Shown here: piece after piece, positions 46,642 to 57,360 of the stretch
Numbering within the stretch: the stretch's first letter is position 1
Layout: each line of letters opens with the position of its first letter
From: Planctomycetota bacterium
GTDB lineage: Bacteria; Planctomycetota; SZUA-567; H5-PLA8
NCBI GenBank assembly: GCA_027493525.1
Contig: JAOSKN010000002.1
Span: 1,271,326-1,335,325 of the forward strand
Direction: 5' to 3'
DNA: 64,000 nt
Notes under the pieces: generated by a model
Databases searched by the model: none
What the model was told of the DNA's origin: nothing
The model's input: only the letters and a program-made list of their open reading frames with translations
Translations under genes and position numbers: made by a program

Positions 46642-48573
46642 ATGCTCACGCTCAAGTCGTTCCGGATGCCGGGGTTGATGCTGCTGCTGGCCTGCGCGGC
46701 GGCCCGCGCGGAATACGCGCCCACCGCGCCGCGCACGACGCTGAAGGACGGCGAGATCGGCGTGAGCGCACCGGGCGTCTGCGCTCAGCGAGGCGCGACC
46801 TATGTACTCACACAAGACATCACGAGCCCCACGAGCGGGCTGTTCCTGGCCCAGAACGTCACGCTCGACCTGAACGGGCATACGCTCAGCTTCGCCAGCG
46901 GCCCGTACGAGCGCGTCCCGAACCACGGCTTCGAGGAGGGGCTCGCGCACTGGGATACTTCGCAGGCTCCTCGCGCGGAGGCCGTCGAGACCGCCCGGAC
47001 TCGGCCGTTCGTCGGGAAGTACGTCTGCCGGCTTCCTCGCGGCGAGGAGCTGGTCTCGCCTTACGTCACGCTTCCGGTTGCCCGGCGGAGCTACTATGCG
47101 ATGGTGGGCGTGCTGGCGAAGGAGATGCGCGTCAGCGTATCCGTCGACGATGCGCAGGGCCGGCCGGTCTCGTGCGCCTTTCAGTTCGGGACCAATACGC
47201 GGCAGAGCTGCCCGGAGCCGAATCGCGAGCCGAAGCTGGGCGGCGGGTTCGTCTTCGCGCACCTGCATGGGCTGCCGGCCGGGAAGTACCGGATTCGCGT
47301 GAAGGCCGAGACCGACTGCCTGATCGACGAGGTGGACCTCCAGCCGGCGCTGGACGTGGGCGTGGGGATCGTCGAACAGGTCCTGCCGTGGGCGTACTAC
47401 AAGTGCATCCTGGACGGTGACAGTACGGCCTTCTTCGACTGGCACGGGCGCGAGAAGGAAGTGCCGCTGGTCAAAGGCCCAGGGACGATCACGATCATGA
47501 ACGGCGTGATTCGGGGCGGCGCGGCCGGCGTGCGCAATTGGGGCATTCAGTCCACCGCGAAGCAGGCGAAACTGGTGGTGAAGAACGTGAAGTTCGTCTG
47601 CACCGGCGTGAACGCCTTCGCGCTCGAAGGGGGCGACGCGGACGTGCTGGACTGCCGCATCGAGAGCGAGACGCCTTTTCTCATCGACCGGCACCGCCAG
47701 GCGGATTACCCGGTCAGCGTGCGCGGGGCGAAGCGGAGCGTCATTGCGGGGAACGAGTGGATCGGCGGGCAGGGCGGGCTGAACATCGACGGCCAGGACG
47801 CCGAGATCCACCACAACGTCTTCCGCGTACAGCAGACCGTGACCAACCACTACTGCATCGGGCCGGGCGGGGATGGGCACAAGATCCACGACAACGTCTT
47901 CGAGCCGCAGCAGGGCTCCGGCATCTACATCGGGCGCAGCAAGGGCGTGGAGGTCCACGACAACGTCTTCCGCATCGCGGCCTCCCCGCCGATCTGCGAA
48001 TACGCGCACACCGACTACAGCGTCAGCGCGGTGCGGTTGAGCGATTACAACGCCAAGCCCGGCGACGCCAAGGGCGTCTGCGCGGGCAACAGCGTTTATC
48101 GCAACAAGATCTTCATCGCGGGCCGGGACTATCCCGAATTCCGCGCCTCGAGCCCGACGATGAAGGGCTACGAGCCCCGGGCGTACGGTTTCTTCATCTC
48201 CGTGGGCGGCGGCGTGAACCGGATCTACGAAAACGAGATCGTGGTGGAGCATCAGGCGCCGGATTCGGCCATGGCCGGCGCGTACGCGTTCTTCATCGGC
48301 GGGTCGGACAATGGCGGGGAGATCTTCCGCAACCGGATCACGACCAACGTGCCGGCCTTCTGGATCGCCAGCAGCTACGGCCCGGCCGCGAACGCGAAGA
48401 TCCACGAAAACACGGTCACGAAGCCCGCCGGCGTGGCGCGCGCCTTCAAGCCCGTGCGCATGGGCTGTTCGAGCTTCACGGCCACGAACATCGAATTCAA
48501 GGGCAACACGTTCGTGAACCTGGCCTTCGGCGTGGACGCCACCGACCGGCCGCACACCTATACCAACAATTGA
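46642..48573 (+). CDS. right-handed parallel beta-helix repeat protein, secreted
   Basis: A signal peptide (MLTLKSFRMPGLMLLLACAAARA), and repeated NxIxG / HDNVF motifs. Confidence 0.7.
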   Translation: MLTLKSFRMPGLMLLLACAAARAEYAPTAPRTTLKDGEIGVSAPGVCAQRGATYVLTQDITSPTSGLFLAQNVTLDLNGHTLSFASGPYERVPNHGFEEGLAHWDTSQAPRAEAVETARTRPFVGKYVCRLPRGEELVSPYVTLPVARRSYYAMVGVLAKEMRVSVSVDDAQGRPVSCAFQFGTNTRQSCPEPNREPKLGGGFVFAHLHGLPAGKYRIRVKAETDCLIDEVDLQPALDVGVGIVEQVLPWAYYKCILDGDSTAFFDWHGREKEVPLVKGPGTITIMNGVIRGGAAGVRNWGIQSTAKQAKLVVKNVKFVCTGVNAFALEGGDADVLDCRIESETPFLIDRHRQADYPVSVRGAKRSVIAGNEWIGGQGGLNIDGQDAEIHHNVFRVQQTVTNHYCIGPGGDGHKIHDNVFEPQQGSGIYIGRSKGVEVHDNVFRIAASPPICEYAHTDYSVSAVRLSDYNAKPGDAKGVCAGNSVYRNKIFIAGRDYPEFRASSPTMKGYEPRAYGFFISVGGGVNRIYENEIVVEHQAPDSAMAGAYAFFIGGSDNGGEIFRNRITTNVPAFWIASSYGPAANAKIHENTVTKPAGVARAFKPVRMGCSSFTATNIEFKGNTFVNLAFGVDATDRPHTYTNN

Positions 48574-48585
48574 CGGCGGGCTTCT

Positions 48586-49650
48586 TCAAGCCTTGCCCAG
48601 CACGCGCGCGGCGGCGCGTAGGGCTTCGTCGATCTGTGCGCCCGAGACGTCGCGATGGGTGACCATGCGCAGGCGCGCGCCCAGGGCGAGGCAGCGGACG
48701 CCTTCGGCCTCCAGCGCGCGCTGAAGCCAGGCCGCGTCGCCCTTGGGACCCCGGTACTCGAAGAACAGGATGTTGGTCCGCACGGCGGCGGGGTCGGCCG
48801 AGATGCCGGGCAGGGCGGCGAGGCCTTCGGCCAGGCGGCGCGCGTGCGCGTGATCCTCGGCGAGCCGCGCTACGTTATCCTCTTCGAGGGCCAGTAGCCC
48901 GCAGGCGGCCAGGACGCCCGCCTGCCGCATCCCGCCGCCCAGCATCTTGCGGAGCGCATGCGCCTGGACGATCAGGTCCCGCGAGCCGCAGACGAGCGAG
49001 CCGACCGGCGCGCCGAGCCCCTTCGAGAGGCAGAAACTGACCGAGTCGGCGGCCTCGGCCAGCGACTTGGAACTCACCCCGAGCGCTACGGCGGCGTTGA
49101 AGAGGCGCGCGCCATCGAGGTGGACCTTGATCCATGGCGCGCGTGACCTGGCCGCATCGGCGGCGGCGCGCATGTCGGCGGCGTTCTGCACGGCGCCGCC
49201 GCAGAAGTTGTGCGTGTTTTCCAGGCAGAGCAGGGAGGTCGTGGGCAGGTGGCTGTTTCCGCCTGGAAGGCCGTACCCGACGTGGATCGCCGCGCGTACG
49301 GCATCCGGATCCAGGCGTCCCTGCGCGTCCTCGGCCAGCGGCCACTTATTGACCTGCGCCAAGCGCGCGTAGGCGCCGGCCTCGGCGGTGTGGATGTGCG
49401 AGCGCGAACCGACGAGGATTTCGCTGCCCGCGGGGGCTTGCGCCATCACGGCGATCAGGTTGGCCATGCAGCCGCTGGGGACGAAGAGGGCCGCGGGCTT
49501 TCCGATTCGTTCGGCCGCCCGCTCCTCCAGCCGCCGGACGGTGGGGTCGTCGCCGAAGACGTCGTCGCCGACTTCGGCGGCGGCCATGGCCTTGCGCATG
49601 GTTGCGTCGGGCGCGGTGACGGTGTCGGAGCGAAGGTCGATGGGGGTCAT
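48586..49650 (-). CDS. ltaE: low-specificity L-threonine aldolase
   Basis: Beta-eliminating-lyase family motifs are present (RSDTVT, SGCMANL, FCLSKGLGAPVGS). Confidence 0.8.
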   Translation of the reverse strand: MTPIDLRSDTVTAPDATMRKAMAAAEVGDDVFGDDPTVRRLEERAAERIGKPAALFVPSGCMANLIAVMAQAPAGSEILVGSRSHIHTAEAGAYARLAQVNKWPLAEDAQGRLDPDAVRAAIHVGYGLPGGNSHLPTTSLLCLENTHNFCGGAVQNAADMRAAADAARSRAPWIKVHLDGARLFNAAVALGVSSKSLAEAADSVSFCLSKGLGAPVGSLVCGSRDLIVQAHALRKMLGGGMRQAGVLAACGLLALEEDNVARLAEDHAHARRLAEGLAALPGISADPAAVRTNILFFEYRGPKGDAAWLQRALEAEGVRCLALGARLRMVTHRDVSGAQIDEALRAAARVLGKA

Positions 49651-51518
49651 GGGGCGGCGCCTTCCGTAGCGTCGGGCCTCGGGGCCGGATCGCCGAGCGA
49701 GGCGGGCTTGGGCGCGTCCGGCGCATCCGCTGCGTCCGGAGCGTCCGGTGTACTGGGAATCGGTTTCGTGCTCCGGCGGGGGCGCGGCGCGGCGGACATG
49801 ACCATGGTGAAGCCCGAGCGCAGGGCGACTTCGCGGCGGATCCGCCGGACGTGCTTGCGGATCTCCTCTTCGGGCACGGCCAGGTCCTCGAGCAGCGCGC
49901 GCGCCAGGCCCATCGAGACTTCGATCTCCTCGAAGCTCACGTGTTGCGCGCCGGCGGCTTCCAACTTGACCTTCTCCGTCAGGTAGCGCGCGCGGGAGAT
50001 GATGACCAGCTCGGGATTGAGCAGCCGGGCGGTGGCGACGATGGCGCTGCGGCTTTCCAGGTCGGGCAGGGTGACGAGCAGGAAATCGGCGTGGTGCGCG
50101 CCCGCGGCCTCGAGGATCTCGCGCCGGCTCGCGTCGCCGTAGATCGAGGCGATTCCGAGGTTCTTGAGGCGCTTGACGGTCTCGAGGTTGAGGTCGATCA
50201 CGAAAGGCCGCACCCCGAACTCGTTGAGCAGGCGCGTCAGGGTTTTCCCGACCGGCCCGTAGCCGACCACGATCGCCCGCGCGTGCTCGTGGTCCATGTC
50301 CCCGCCGTCCTCCGCGGCGCCCGCGGGCGCGGAGCCTCGCGCGAAGAGCCGACCCGCCAGTGCGCCCATCCGGCCGCTGAGGCTGACCTCGAACGGCGCC
50401 AAGACCATCGAGAGCACGGCCAGGGCGAGCACGAATTTATACGCATCGCCGTCCAGGAGCCCGACCCCCTGAGCCTGCCGGCCCAGCACGAAGCTGAACT
50501 CGCCGATGTGCGCGAGCGCCAGGCCCGTCCCGGTTGCCAGCGTCGCCGGCACCTTCAGCACGAGCAGGCTCCCCGCGGCGACGCTGAGCTTGAGGACGAG
50601 CATTCCCGCCATGGCACCGGCCAGGTAATGCAGGTTCGCGCCGACGAAGGACAGGTCCACCAGCAGCCCCACGCTGACGAAGAAGAACGCCAGGGCGAGG
50701 TTCCGCAGCGTGCTCAGGTCCGCCAGGATCTGCGAGGAGAAAGGCGTGTCGGCGAGGACCAGGCCCCCGAGGAACGCGCCCAGGGCCAGCGAGGCGCCGG
50801 CGTGCTCCGCGGCCAGCGCGACGCTGAGGCATGCGCCAAGCGAGAGGAGCGAGAAGGCTTCAGGCAGGCGCGCGATCGCGGTGCGCTCGAAGAGCCGCGG
50901 GAGCACGTAGCGCGAGCCCAGGAAGAGCAGCGGCAGGACCACGAAGAGGAAGCCCATCTGCTTGATCGCGTCCCATGCCGAGCCCTCGCCGCCTTCGCCC
51001 AGCAGCCCGGCCAGCAGGGGTAGGAAGGCGACGGCCAGGATCGCGGCGATGTCCTGGAACAGGAGCACCGCCAGGCAGAGCTTTGCGCGCGCCGAGTCGG
51101 CCTCGCGGCGGTCGGCGAAGGTCTTCATCACCAGCGCGGTGGAACTGAAAGCGACCATCATTCCGACCACGATCGCCGCAGCGACCGGCGCGCCCAGCAA
51201 CCAGGCGATGCCGCCCGCCGCAAGTGCTGTAAGCCCGACCTGCAGGCCGCCGCCGACCAGGCATCTGGAGAGCATGCTCTTCAGGTGCTCAAGGTGGAAT
51301 TCGAGGCCGATGAAGAACATCAGCAGGATGACGCCGAACTCGGCCCAGACCTCCGTGTCCTCGTGGTGCTCCAGGAGCAGGTTCTTCACGGGCGCGGCGA
51401 AGATACCGATCGCGAGGTAGCCAAGGATGGGCGAAAGTCCGACGCGCTGCAGCAGCCAGGCCAGGCCCGCGGCGCCCAAGGTAAGCGCGGTGAGGACGAT
51501 AAACGGTCCGTGTTCCAT
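49647..51518 (-). CDS. monovalent cation:proton antiporter-2 (CPA2) family protein with C-terminal TrkA-N/RCK domain (KefB-like)
   Basis: Multiple TM helices plus a Rossmann-like segment (IVVGYGPVGKTLTRLL). Confidence 0.8.
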   Translation of the reverse strand: MEHGPFIVLTALTLGAAGLAWLLQRVGLSPILGYLAIGIFAAPVKNLLLEHHEDTEVWAEFGVILLMFFIGLEFHLEHLKSMLSRCLVGGGLQVGLTALAAGGIAWLLGAPVAAAIVVGMMVAFSSTALVMKTFADRREADSARAKLCLAVLLFQDIAAILAVAFLPLLAGLLGEGGEGSAWDAIKQMGFLFVVLPLLFLGSRYVLPRLFERTAIARLPEAFSLLSLGACLSVALAAEHAGASLALGAFLGGLVLADTPFSSQILADLSTLRNLALAFFFVSVGLLVDLSFVGANLHYLAGAMAGMLVLKLSVAAGSLLVLKVPATLATGTGLALAHIGEFSFVLGRQAQGVGLLDGDAYKFVLALAVLSMVLAPFEVSLSGRMGALAGRLFARGSAPAGAAEDGGDMDHEHARAIVVGYGPVGKTLTRLLNEFGVRPFVIDLNLETVKRLKNLGIASIYGDASRREILEAAGAHHADFLLVTLPDLESRSAIVATARLLNPELVIISRARYLTEKVKLEAAGAQHVSFEEIEVSMGLARALLEDLAVPEEEIRKHVRRIRREVALRSGFTMVMSAAPRPRRSTKPIPSTPDAPDAADAPDAPKPASLGDPAPRPDATEGAAP

Positions 51519-51533
51519 GGAGGGTCAATCCAG

Positions 51534-52604
51534 TTACGCGGGGGCCTCGCCGGCGCCGGGCGAAAGAAACCGCTGGCGCAGGGCGCCCAGGTTTTCCGAA
51601 GGTCCGAGCACGACGATCGTGCAGCCCAGGTCCAGCTTGAACTCGGCGGTGGGATTGTAGCTGAGGTGTTCCTGGCCCTGCGGCAGCGCGGCGACGACGA
51701 GGATGCCCTCCTTGTGGAGCCCCGAAGTGGCGAGGGTGAGGTTCTCCATGGCGCTGCCGGCCTGCACGGTCAGTTCCTCGAAGCGATAGTCCCCCGCGCG
51801 GTCGCGGAGCATGCGGTCGAGGAATCCGACGGCCGTGGGCCGGACGAGTTCGCTGACCAGGCGCATGCCGCCGATCTCCGTTGGGTTGATCACACGGTCG
51901 GCTCCCGCGGCGCGGAGCTTGGCGGCGGCGAAGACGTCCACGACCTTGCTGACGATCCGCAGCTTGGGGTTGAGCCGTCTGGCGGAGAGGACGAGGAAGA
52001 GGTTCTCCTTGTCGTCGGACAAACAGGCGATCAGCCCGCTCGCGCGGTCGATGCCGGCTTTTTTAAGGGTGTCGTCGTTATCGGCGTCGTCGGCCAGGTA
52101 GAGGAACTCGCCCAGCTCCTCGGTGGCCCGGGCGAGCGCCTCGGGATCGCGGTCGATCGCGACGAAGGGGCGCTTGGTTTTGAGCAGCTCGTCGATGGCG
52201 TGGAGCCCCGTGATCCCCGCGCCGCAGACGATGATGTGCCCGGCGAGCTTGGCCATGCGCTTTTCCATGCGCCGCCTCCTGAGGATGTCGCTGAAGAGGC
52301 CCTCGACGATCAAGGCCAGTATGTTGGAGAGGACGAACGCGGGCACCCCGACGCCCACCATCGCCAGAACCATGGTGAAGTACAACGCCACCGCGGGCCC
52401 GTGCTCCAGCTCCAGGATGTCGCCGTAGCCGATGGTGCTGAGCGTGATCACGACCATGAAGAGGCATTTGTTGAAAGTCCAGTCCGGACGGTCGTAGTAG
52501 TGGCCCAGGCCCCAGTAGACGAAGGTACTGATGACGGTGATCCCGACGAGCGCGATGGCGCCGCCAACGAGCCAGCGAATGGGGTCGTAGCTGGATTGGG
52601 CCAA
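51534..52604 (-). CDS. potassium channel protein with RCK/TrkA-N domain
   Basis: The K+ selectivity filter TIGYGD is present, with a Rossmann segment (IIVCGAGITG). Confidence 0.8.
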   Translation of the reverse strand: MAQSSYDPIRWLVGGAIALVGITVISTFVYWGLGHYYDRPDWTFNKCLFMVVITLSTIGYGDILELEHGPAVALYFTMVLAMVGVGVPAFVLSNILALIVEGLFSDILRRRRMEKRMAKLAGHIIVCGAGITGLHAIDELLKTKRPFVAIDRDPEALARATEELGEFLYLADDADNDDTLKKAGIDRASGLIACLSDDKENLFLVLSARRLNPKLRIVSKVVDVFAAAKLRAAGADRVINPTEIGGMRLVSELVRPTAVGFLDRMLRDRAGDYRFEELTVQAGSAMENLTLATSGLHKEGILVVAALPQGQEHLSYNPTAEFKLDLGCTIVVLGPSENLGALRQRFLSPGAGEAPA

Positions 52605-52623
52605 AGCGTGCGAGCTCCCCTGG

Positions 52624-53841
52624 CTACGCCGGTGTGATCTGGCCCAGTATGCGCGGCCCGAAGGCGCCGGTCGCCGAGCGCAGGTTGCCGGGCCGCCCGC
52701 GGAGGGTTTCGCGCGCGAGCACCGCGAAGCCGATCGCCTCCTTGGCCTTCACCGGCAGGCCGAAATCGTCGGAAAGGTGGAATTCGACCTTGCCGAATTC
52801 CTTTTTCACTCGCGCCATCAGCGTGGCGTTCAGCGCCCCGCCGCCGGAGACGATGATCTCGCCGATCCGCCCCTTGGGCTCGATCCAGTTCTTGTACGCC
52901 TCGCTCAGTGCGATGGCCGTGAAGTCCGTCACGGTGCGCAGGGTGTCCTTGGGCTTCACCGCGCGCTTGATGCCCCACTCGTAGAGCTGCTTGGCGTAGG
53001 CCAGCCCAAACTCCTCCCGGCCGGTGGATTTGGGCGGCTTGCGCTTGAGGAACTCGTGCTTGAGCAACTCGGAGAGAATGTACCCATCCACCTCGCCCTG
53101 CGCGGCCAGCTCGCCGTCCTTGTCGTAGCCCTGCTTGCCCAGGGTCATGAGCTGGATCATCGCGTCGATGAGCATGTTGCCCGGGCCGGTGTCGAAGGCG
53201 AGCACCTCTTCTTCCTGGGCCCCGGCGGGCAGGTAAGTGAAGTTGGTGATGCCGCCGATGTTGACCGCCAGGCGCGCGTGCTCGGGATGGGTCAGCAGCA
53301 AGTAGTCGATGTAGGGGATCAGCGGCGCGCCCTGGCCGCCGGCGGCCATGTCGCGCGTGCGGAAGTTGCTCACCACCGGCACCTCGAGCTGTTCGGCGAT
53401 CATCGCGGCCTCGCCGAGCTGCAGCGTCGAGCCGATGCGCTCGGAGATGCCCGTGGCCATGATCCCCGAGTCGAAGCGCGGCGGCAGGTGCGCGACCGTC
53501 TGCCCATGGCTGCCGACGGCGTGGATGTCGGAAGGCTTGAGCCCGGCTTTCATGAGCACCGACATGGCCGCGCGCGCGAAGGTCGCCCCGAGCCGGAAAT
53601 TGAGCCGGCAGACCTCTTCGGTTCGCGACTCCCCGCGCGAGACCTTCAGCACGTCCTGCTGGATTTTTTTGGAGTACGGCTCGGTCACGAAATCCAGCAG
53701 CTTGATCTGGACATGCCCCTGGCCTTCGCCGCCGATCTCGCAGAGCGCGGCGTCGACGCCGTCGCAACTGGTGCCAGAGATGAGGCCGATCACGCGCATC
53801 GGATCGGGCGGATTGAGCTGCTCGTGCAGCGACTTGGGCAT
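52624..53841 (-). CDS. anmK: anhydro-N-acetylmuramic acid kinase
   Basis: The AnmK N-terminus is recognisable (IGLISGTSCDGVDAAL) and the length fits, about 400 aa. Confidence 0.8.
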   Translation of the reverse strand: MPKSLHEQLNPPDPMRVIGLISGTSCDGVDAALCEIGGEGQGHVQIKLLDFVTEPYSKKIQQDVLKVSRGESRTEEVCRLNFRLGATFARAAMSVLMKAGLKPSDIHAVGSHGQTVAHLPPRFDSGIMATGISERIGSTLQLGEAAMIAEQLEVPVVSNFRTRDMAAGGQGAPLIPYIDYLLLTHPEHARLAVNIGGITNFTYLPAGAQEEEVLAFDTGPGNMLIDAMIQLMTLGKQGYDKDGELAAQGEVDGYILSELLKHEFLKRKPPKSTGREEFGLAYAKQLYEWGIKRAVKPKDTLRTVTDFTAIALSEAYKNWIEPKGRIGEIIVSGGGALNATLMARVKKEFGKVEFHLSDDFGLPVKAKEAIGFAVLARETLRGRPGNLRSATGAFGPRILGQITPA

Positions 53842-54043
53842 CGATCACCATCCTTCCATGCATAAGGCGCATGCGGCCCGGATCCCGCGGCGCGGCGGTC
53901 CCGACAAAAGGCCCGCGCATTCTAGCCGGACGCCTGCCGCGCTCCAGTGGCTTGAGCCCCGCGCGGCGACTTTCGGAAAGGCTGCGCCTTCACTTGAGCG
54001 CGCAGGGGATTCGGCTATCTTGCTGCCTCGCCCTTACGGGCGT

Positions 54044-54130
54044 GCCCAGGTGGCGGAATTGGCAGACGCGCTGGCTTCAGGTGCCAGTGGCCGCAAGGCC
54101 GTGGAGGTTCAACTCCTCTCCTGGGCACCA
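54044..54130 (+). tRNA. tRNA-Leu(CAG) (type II)
   Basis: Acceptor GCCCAGG/CCTGGGC; anticodon loop TTCAGGT; long variable arm; A73; CCA encoded. Confidence 0.8.
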
Positions 54131-54836
54131 AAATAACAAGTTACGTGAACGGGCGTCCGTGTCGTGAAAGCGGACGCCCGCCTGCCGAAGTTGGCGTCCC
54201 TCAAGAAGTTCAAAAGATGTCCACCTGCAATGCCGGTCATGAAGTGGGAACGGCATCGGACGATGGCAGGCCAAGTTTCGAGCACAATAAGAGCACAACG
54301 GATATCGCTTGCGGCCCGCCACTGGGCCGTAGAAACGTGTCCCCAGCTTCCCGAGGCGATCCGTGCGGGGATTCTTGCCATGCTCGCTAGGGTGAAAAAA
54401 CCGGCAACGCCGGTTCTGAATCGCTTGCGCGAACTGCATCGCCTGGGCATCCGTTTAACGAAGACGTTGCCGTGTGATCGGTAAGTTGCGTTGTAGTGCT
54501 AAGGGCCAGTCTGTGAATTGCTTGGGACGATCTGCTGGCGGCGGCCTGCGCGGGACTTCAGCAGGACTTCGGCGAGCTCCGTCGAGCCGCTCACGCGCCT
54601 GATCTCCTCTCGGATAGGGCTTGTTCGCCTTCTTCGTCCCGCTTGGCCGGCGCGGCGCATCTCGCCCCAATTAATTTCCAGACTGGCCCTAAGTACAGAC
54701 TGACCAGGATCGAGAGATTCCACAGTTCCCCCAAGATCTGGTCGGGAGTGTCGATTTCAGAGTGTTTATGGTGCAGGATTCTGTGTATAAGATAACCGCG
54801 GCAGTGGATGAGCTGTTGGGATGTTGGTTTGAGGTT

Positions 54837-55715
54837 ATGAGTACGTTGCTCAGGAACGATTTTATCGTTCTTTCTTTGGCAGTCATAGCGACAAGTTTTC
54901 AGTTGAACGCGGTTGAGATATTCCCATCGGCGCCAGACCCCGTCTCTTCCGAACAGCTTTGTTCTACGACGCTCAGGTTACGGCTTCGCCGCCAAGTAGG
55001 CGAGATCATCTATACCGAGCACGGTTCGGCGTTCGGAGTGGACTTAAGCACGTTCGGCGTGGCGAGTCCGCGATACATGCTGACGGCAGCCCATTGCGTT
55101 TTGTCCGACGATGGCAAGTTGACCACTGGCGAGTTACTTGTGGAAATCGCACCGCCGGCACGGGCCGTTCAGGAGCGCGGCATCAAGTCCGCGGAGACGT
55201 ACGACGAAGCCAGGCAGGGCGGTTCAGAAAAAACGGCGCCCACGTTGGTCGGCAGCACGCAAGATCACGCAGCCGCATTGAACGAATTGGCGCGGTACGA
55301 CGGCATCTGGGCCAAGTGCGAGGTGATCGCGCTTGATCGTGAACACGACCTGTGTCTGCTGCGATGTGCAGCCGATGTCCCGGTCCTTTCCAAGCTGGAT
55401 CCGCAGGCCGACGAGCCCGCGCCGGGCGCGGAGCTCATGGTCGTCGGGTGTCCGCGTGGCGTGTCGCCCAAGGCCAGCAGTGGGACGCTGAAGCAGAAGG
55501 AAACGCCCGAATGCAGCCGGTTCTGGAGGGCCGAGGCCGACTTCGACCACGGCAATTCCGGCGGCCCGGTGTACCGGAAGGACGATGGCCGGTTCCTGGG
55601 CGTCGCGGTGGCGGGCGTGCCCGACACGCAGGGGCGCTTCGACCCCCACGTCGCGCTCTTCGTCCCGCAACGAACCGTATTCGAGTTCGTGAAGCGGAAC
55701 TTGCCTCGGCCCTGA
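54837..55715 (+). CDS. trypsin-like (S1/chymotrypsin family) serine protease; start uncertain
   Basis: The motifs TAAHCV and GNSGGPV are present. The gene's 5' region is low in GC. Confidence 0.6.
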   Translation: MSTLLRNDFIVLSLAVIATSFQLNAVEIFPSAPDPVSSEQLCSTTLRLRLRRQVGEIIYTEHGSAFGVDLSTFGVASPRYMLTAAHCVLSDDGKLTTGELLVEIAPPARAVQERGIKSAETYDEARQGGSEKTAPTLVGSTQDHAAALNELARYDGIWAKCEVIALDREHDLCLLRCAADVPVLSKLDPQADEPAPGAELMVVGCPRGVSPKASSGTLKQKETPECSRFWRAEADFDHGNSGGPVYRKDDGRFLGVAVAGVPDTQGRFDPHVALFVPQRTVFEFVKRNLPRP

Positions 55716-55725
55716 AACCGCTTCG

Positions 55726-56256
55726 TCACAGGATTCCAGGCGTCTTCTTGGCTTCGCCTTCGGGCGCGTCGGGAGTCTTCATCGGCTCATCGGCTTGCAT
55801 GGCTTCGAGGGCGGCGTTGTACAGGTCGTCGAGGTCGTGCAGCGCTTCCTTCAGGTGCGCGCGGAAGGCGGTCCACTCATCTTGGGTGGAAGCTTGGACA
55901 TACGCGATCCTGTCGTCGAGGCGCTGGATGCCCAACTTGAGTTCCGCGATAATGCGCTCGTATTGCGCCTTGGCATGGGCCTTGGAATCCTCGATCGAGG
56001 GTTTGAGTTCGTCGACCTTGCGCTTGAGTTCCTTCAGGCGCTCTTTGGCCGCGCCGATCACCTCGTCGTACTCTTCGCCGGCAAAGTCCGAGGTGGCATC
56101 CCAGGCCTCGCGGACCTCCTCCTTCATTCGATCGCCGGCACTCGTTTTCTCGCCGACCTTCTCGTCGGTTTTTTCCTTATCAGGTCCGACCGCACAGCCG
56201 GCCAGGAACAGGCCAAGCGCGGCGAGCGAGAGCGTGGCGCGTTGCTTGCATACCAT
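55726..56256 (-). CDS. lipoprotein, coiled-coil, hypothetical
   Basis: MVCKQRATLSLAALGLFLAGC includes a lipobox. Confidence 0.5.
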   Translation of the reverse strand: MVCKQRATLSLAALGLFLAGCAVGPDKEKTDEKVGEKTSAGDRMKEEVREAWDATSDFAGEEYDEVIGAAKERLKELKRKVDELKPSIEDSKAHAKAQYERIIAELKLGIQRLDDRIAYVQASTQDEWTAFRAHLKEALHDLDDLYNAALEAMQADEPMKTPDAPEGEAKKTPGIL

Positions 56257-56382
56257 GGCGTAGTCCTCCCCATCGTGAGTTCGGGACGGATTGGCGTGGC
56301 GCAAGGCCGGGGGCGAAGCGTTGCACTTCGCCCCCGGCGCCGCGGCACCAGCTGCCTTCGGCGCCGCGGGTGCGGAATGCGC

Positions 56383-57360
56383 CTACTTTCCGTCCGGCGG
56401 CGGCGACGGCATGCCGGGTACGTCGCCATATTTGTCCATGCATTCGGCGATGCCGGAATAATCGCCTTTGGCGCGCTTCACCCACACCAATCGCTCCGGC
56501 TGCTCCAGTTCCTGCCGCGTCACGGTCTCGAACTTGGCTGGAATGGTACGTTGGATCGTCTTCTCCGGCTCGACCATGATCATCTTGTCGACGTTCTCGA
56601 AGCGCGCCGGTATCGTGGTCCACTCATAGTGTTCCGGCTCGGTGCAGACGACCTGCTCGACCGTCTTGAACTCCGCCGGGATCGCCACCTTCTCGGTTCG
56701 CGCCGGTTCGGTGCATTGTTGGACGCAGACGATCTTCTTCTCGGCCGGCACCTGTTCCTCCTCGAGGCGCGCTTCTTCGACGAGGACGCGTTTGGTAACC
56801 GTCGCGAACTTGGCAGGGATCAGGATCGTCTCGTAGCACTTGTGAATGCCTTCGCTGTGCACTTCGCGGACCTCGGCGCGTTCTGGGCATATTTCGATCT
56901 GCTCGGTCCGGGTTTCATAGCGAGCGGGAATCAGCCGTTGCTTCGTATAGGCTTCCTTCACCACGACTTCCTTCTCGACCGTCTCGTACCTGGCCGGGAT
57001 CTGCCGATAGGCGAAGGACGCTTCCTTTTCGCATACGGTCACTTGCCGGGTCTCAAATTTCGCTGGGACCAGTTGGGCGACCTTTTTCTCAGGCTCGATC
57101 TGAATCTGCTGGGCCTGCGCTTCGAATTTCGCCGGGACGATCTCCGCGTAGGTCGATTCCGGACGCACCTCAACCTGCTCCGTGACCGTCTTGATGACCG
57201 CGGGACGGCACTCGAGGCACCAGACCTCGCCGGGCTTCGCCGGCGGCGGCTCCCCTTCCTGGAACGGCACCTCCTGCGCCGATGCCTCCGCAGCCATGAG
57301 GAAGGCCGACAAGAGGACGACCCAGGCGACGAAGGCGGCGCAGTGTCGTATTGCTCGCAT
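56383..57360 (-). CDS. secreted repeat protein (IPAKFETV-type repeats)
   Basis: A signal peptide, then 8 or more degenerate repeats of the type IPA(K/R)(F/Y)ETV. Confidence 0.5.
   Translation of the reverse strand: MRAIRHCAAFVAWVVLLSAFLMAAEASAQEVPFQEGEPPPAKPGEVWCLECRPAVIKTVTEQVEVRPESTYAEIVPAKFEAQAQQIQIEPEKKVAQLVPAKFETRQVTVCEKEASFAYRQIPARYETVEKEVVVKEAYTKQRLIPARYETRTEQIEICPERAEVREVHSEGIHKCYETILIPAKFATVTKRVLVEEARLEEEQVPAEKKIVCVQQCTEPARTEKVAIPAEFKTVEQVVCTEPEHYEWTTIPARFENVDKMIMVEPEKTIQRTIPAKFETVTRQELEQPERLVWVKRAKGDYSGIAECMDKYGDVPGMPSPPPDGK

Noticed and set aside
54145-54484. Small overlapping ORFs just downstream of tRNA-Leu (54145..54390, 54164..54484, 54109..54450 on the minus strand).
   Set aside because: They overlap one another and none has a convincing start site or recognisable domain. 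They are left unannotated.
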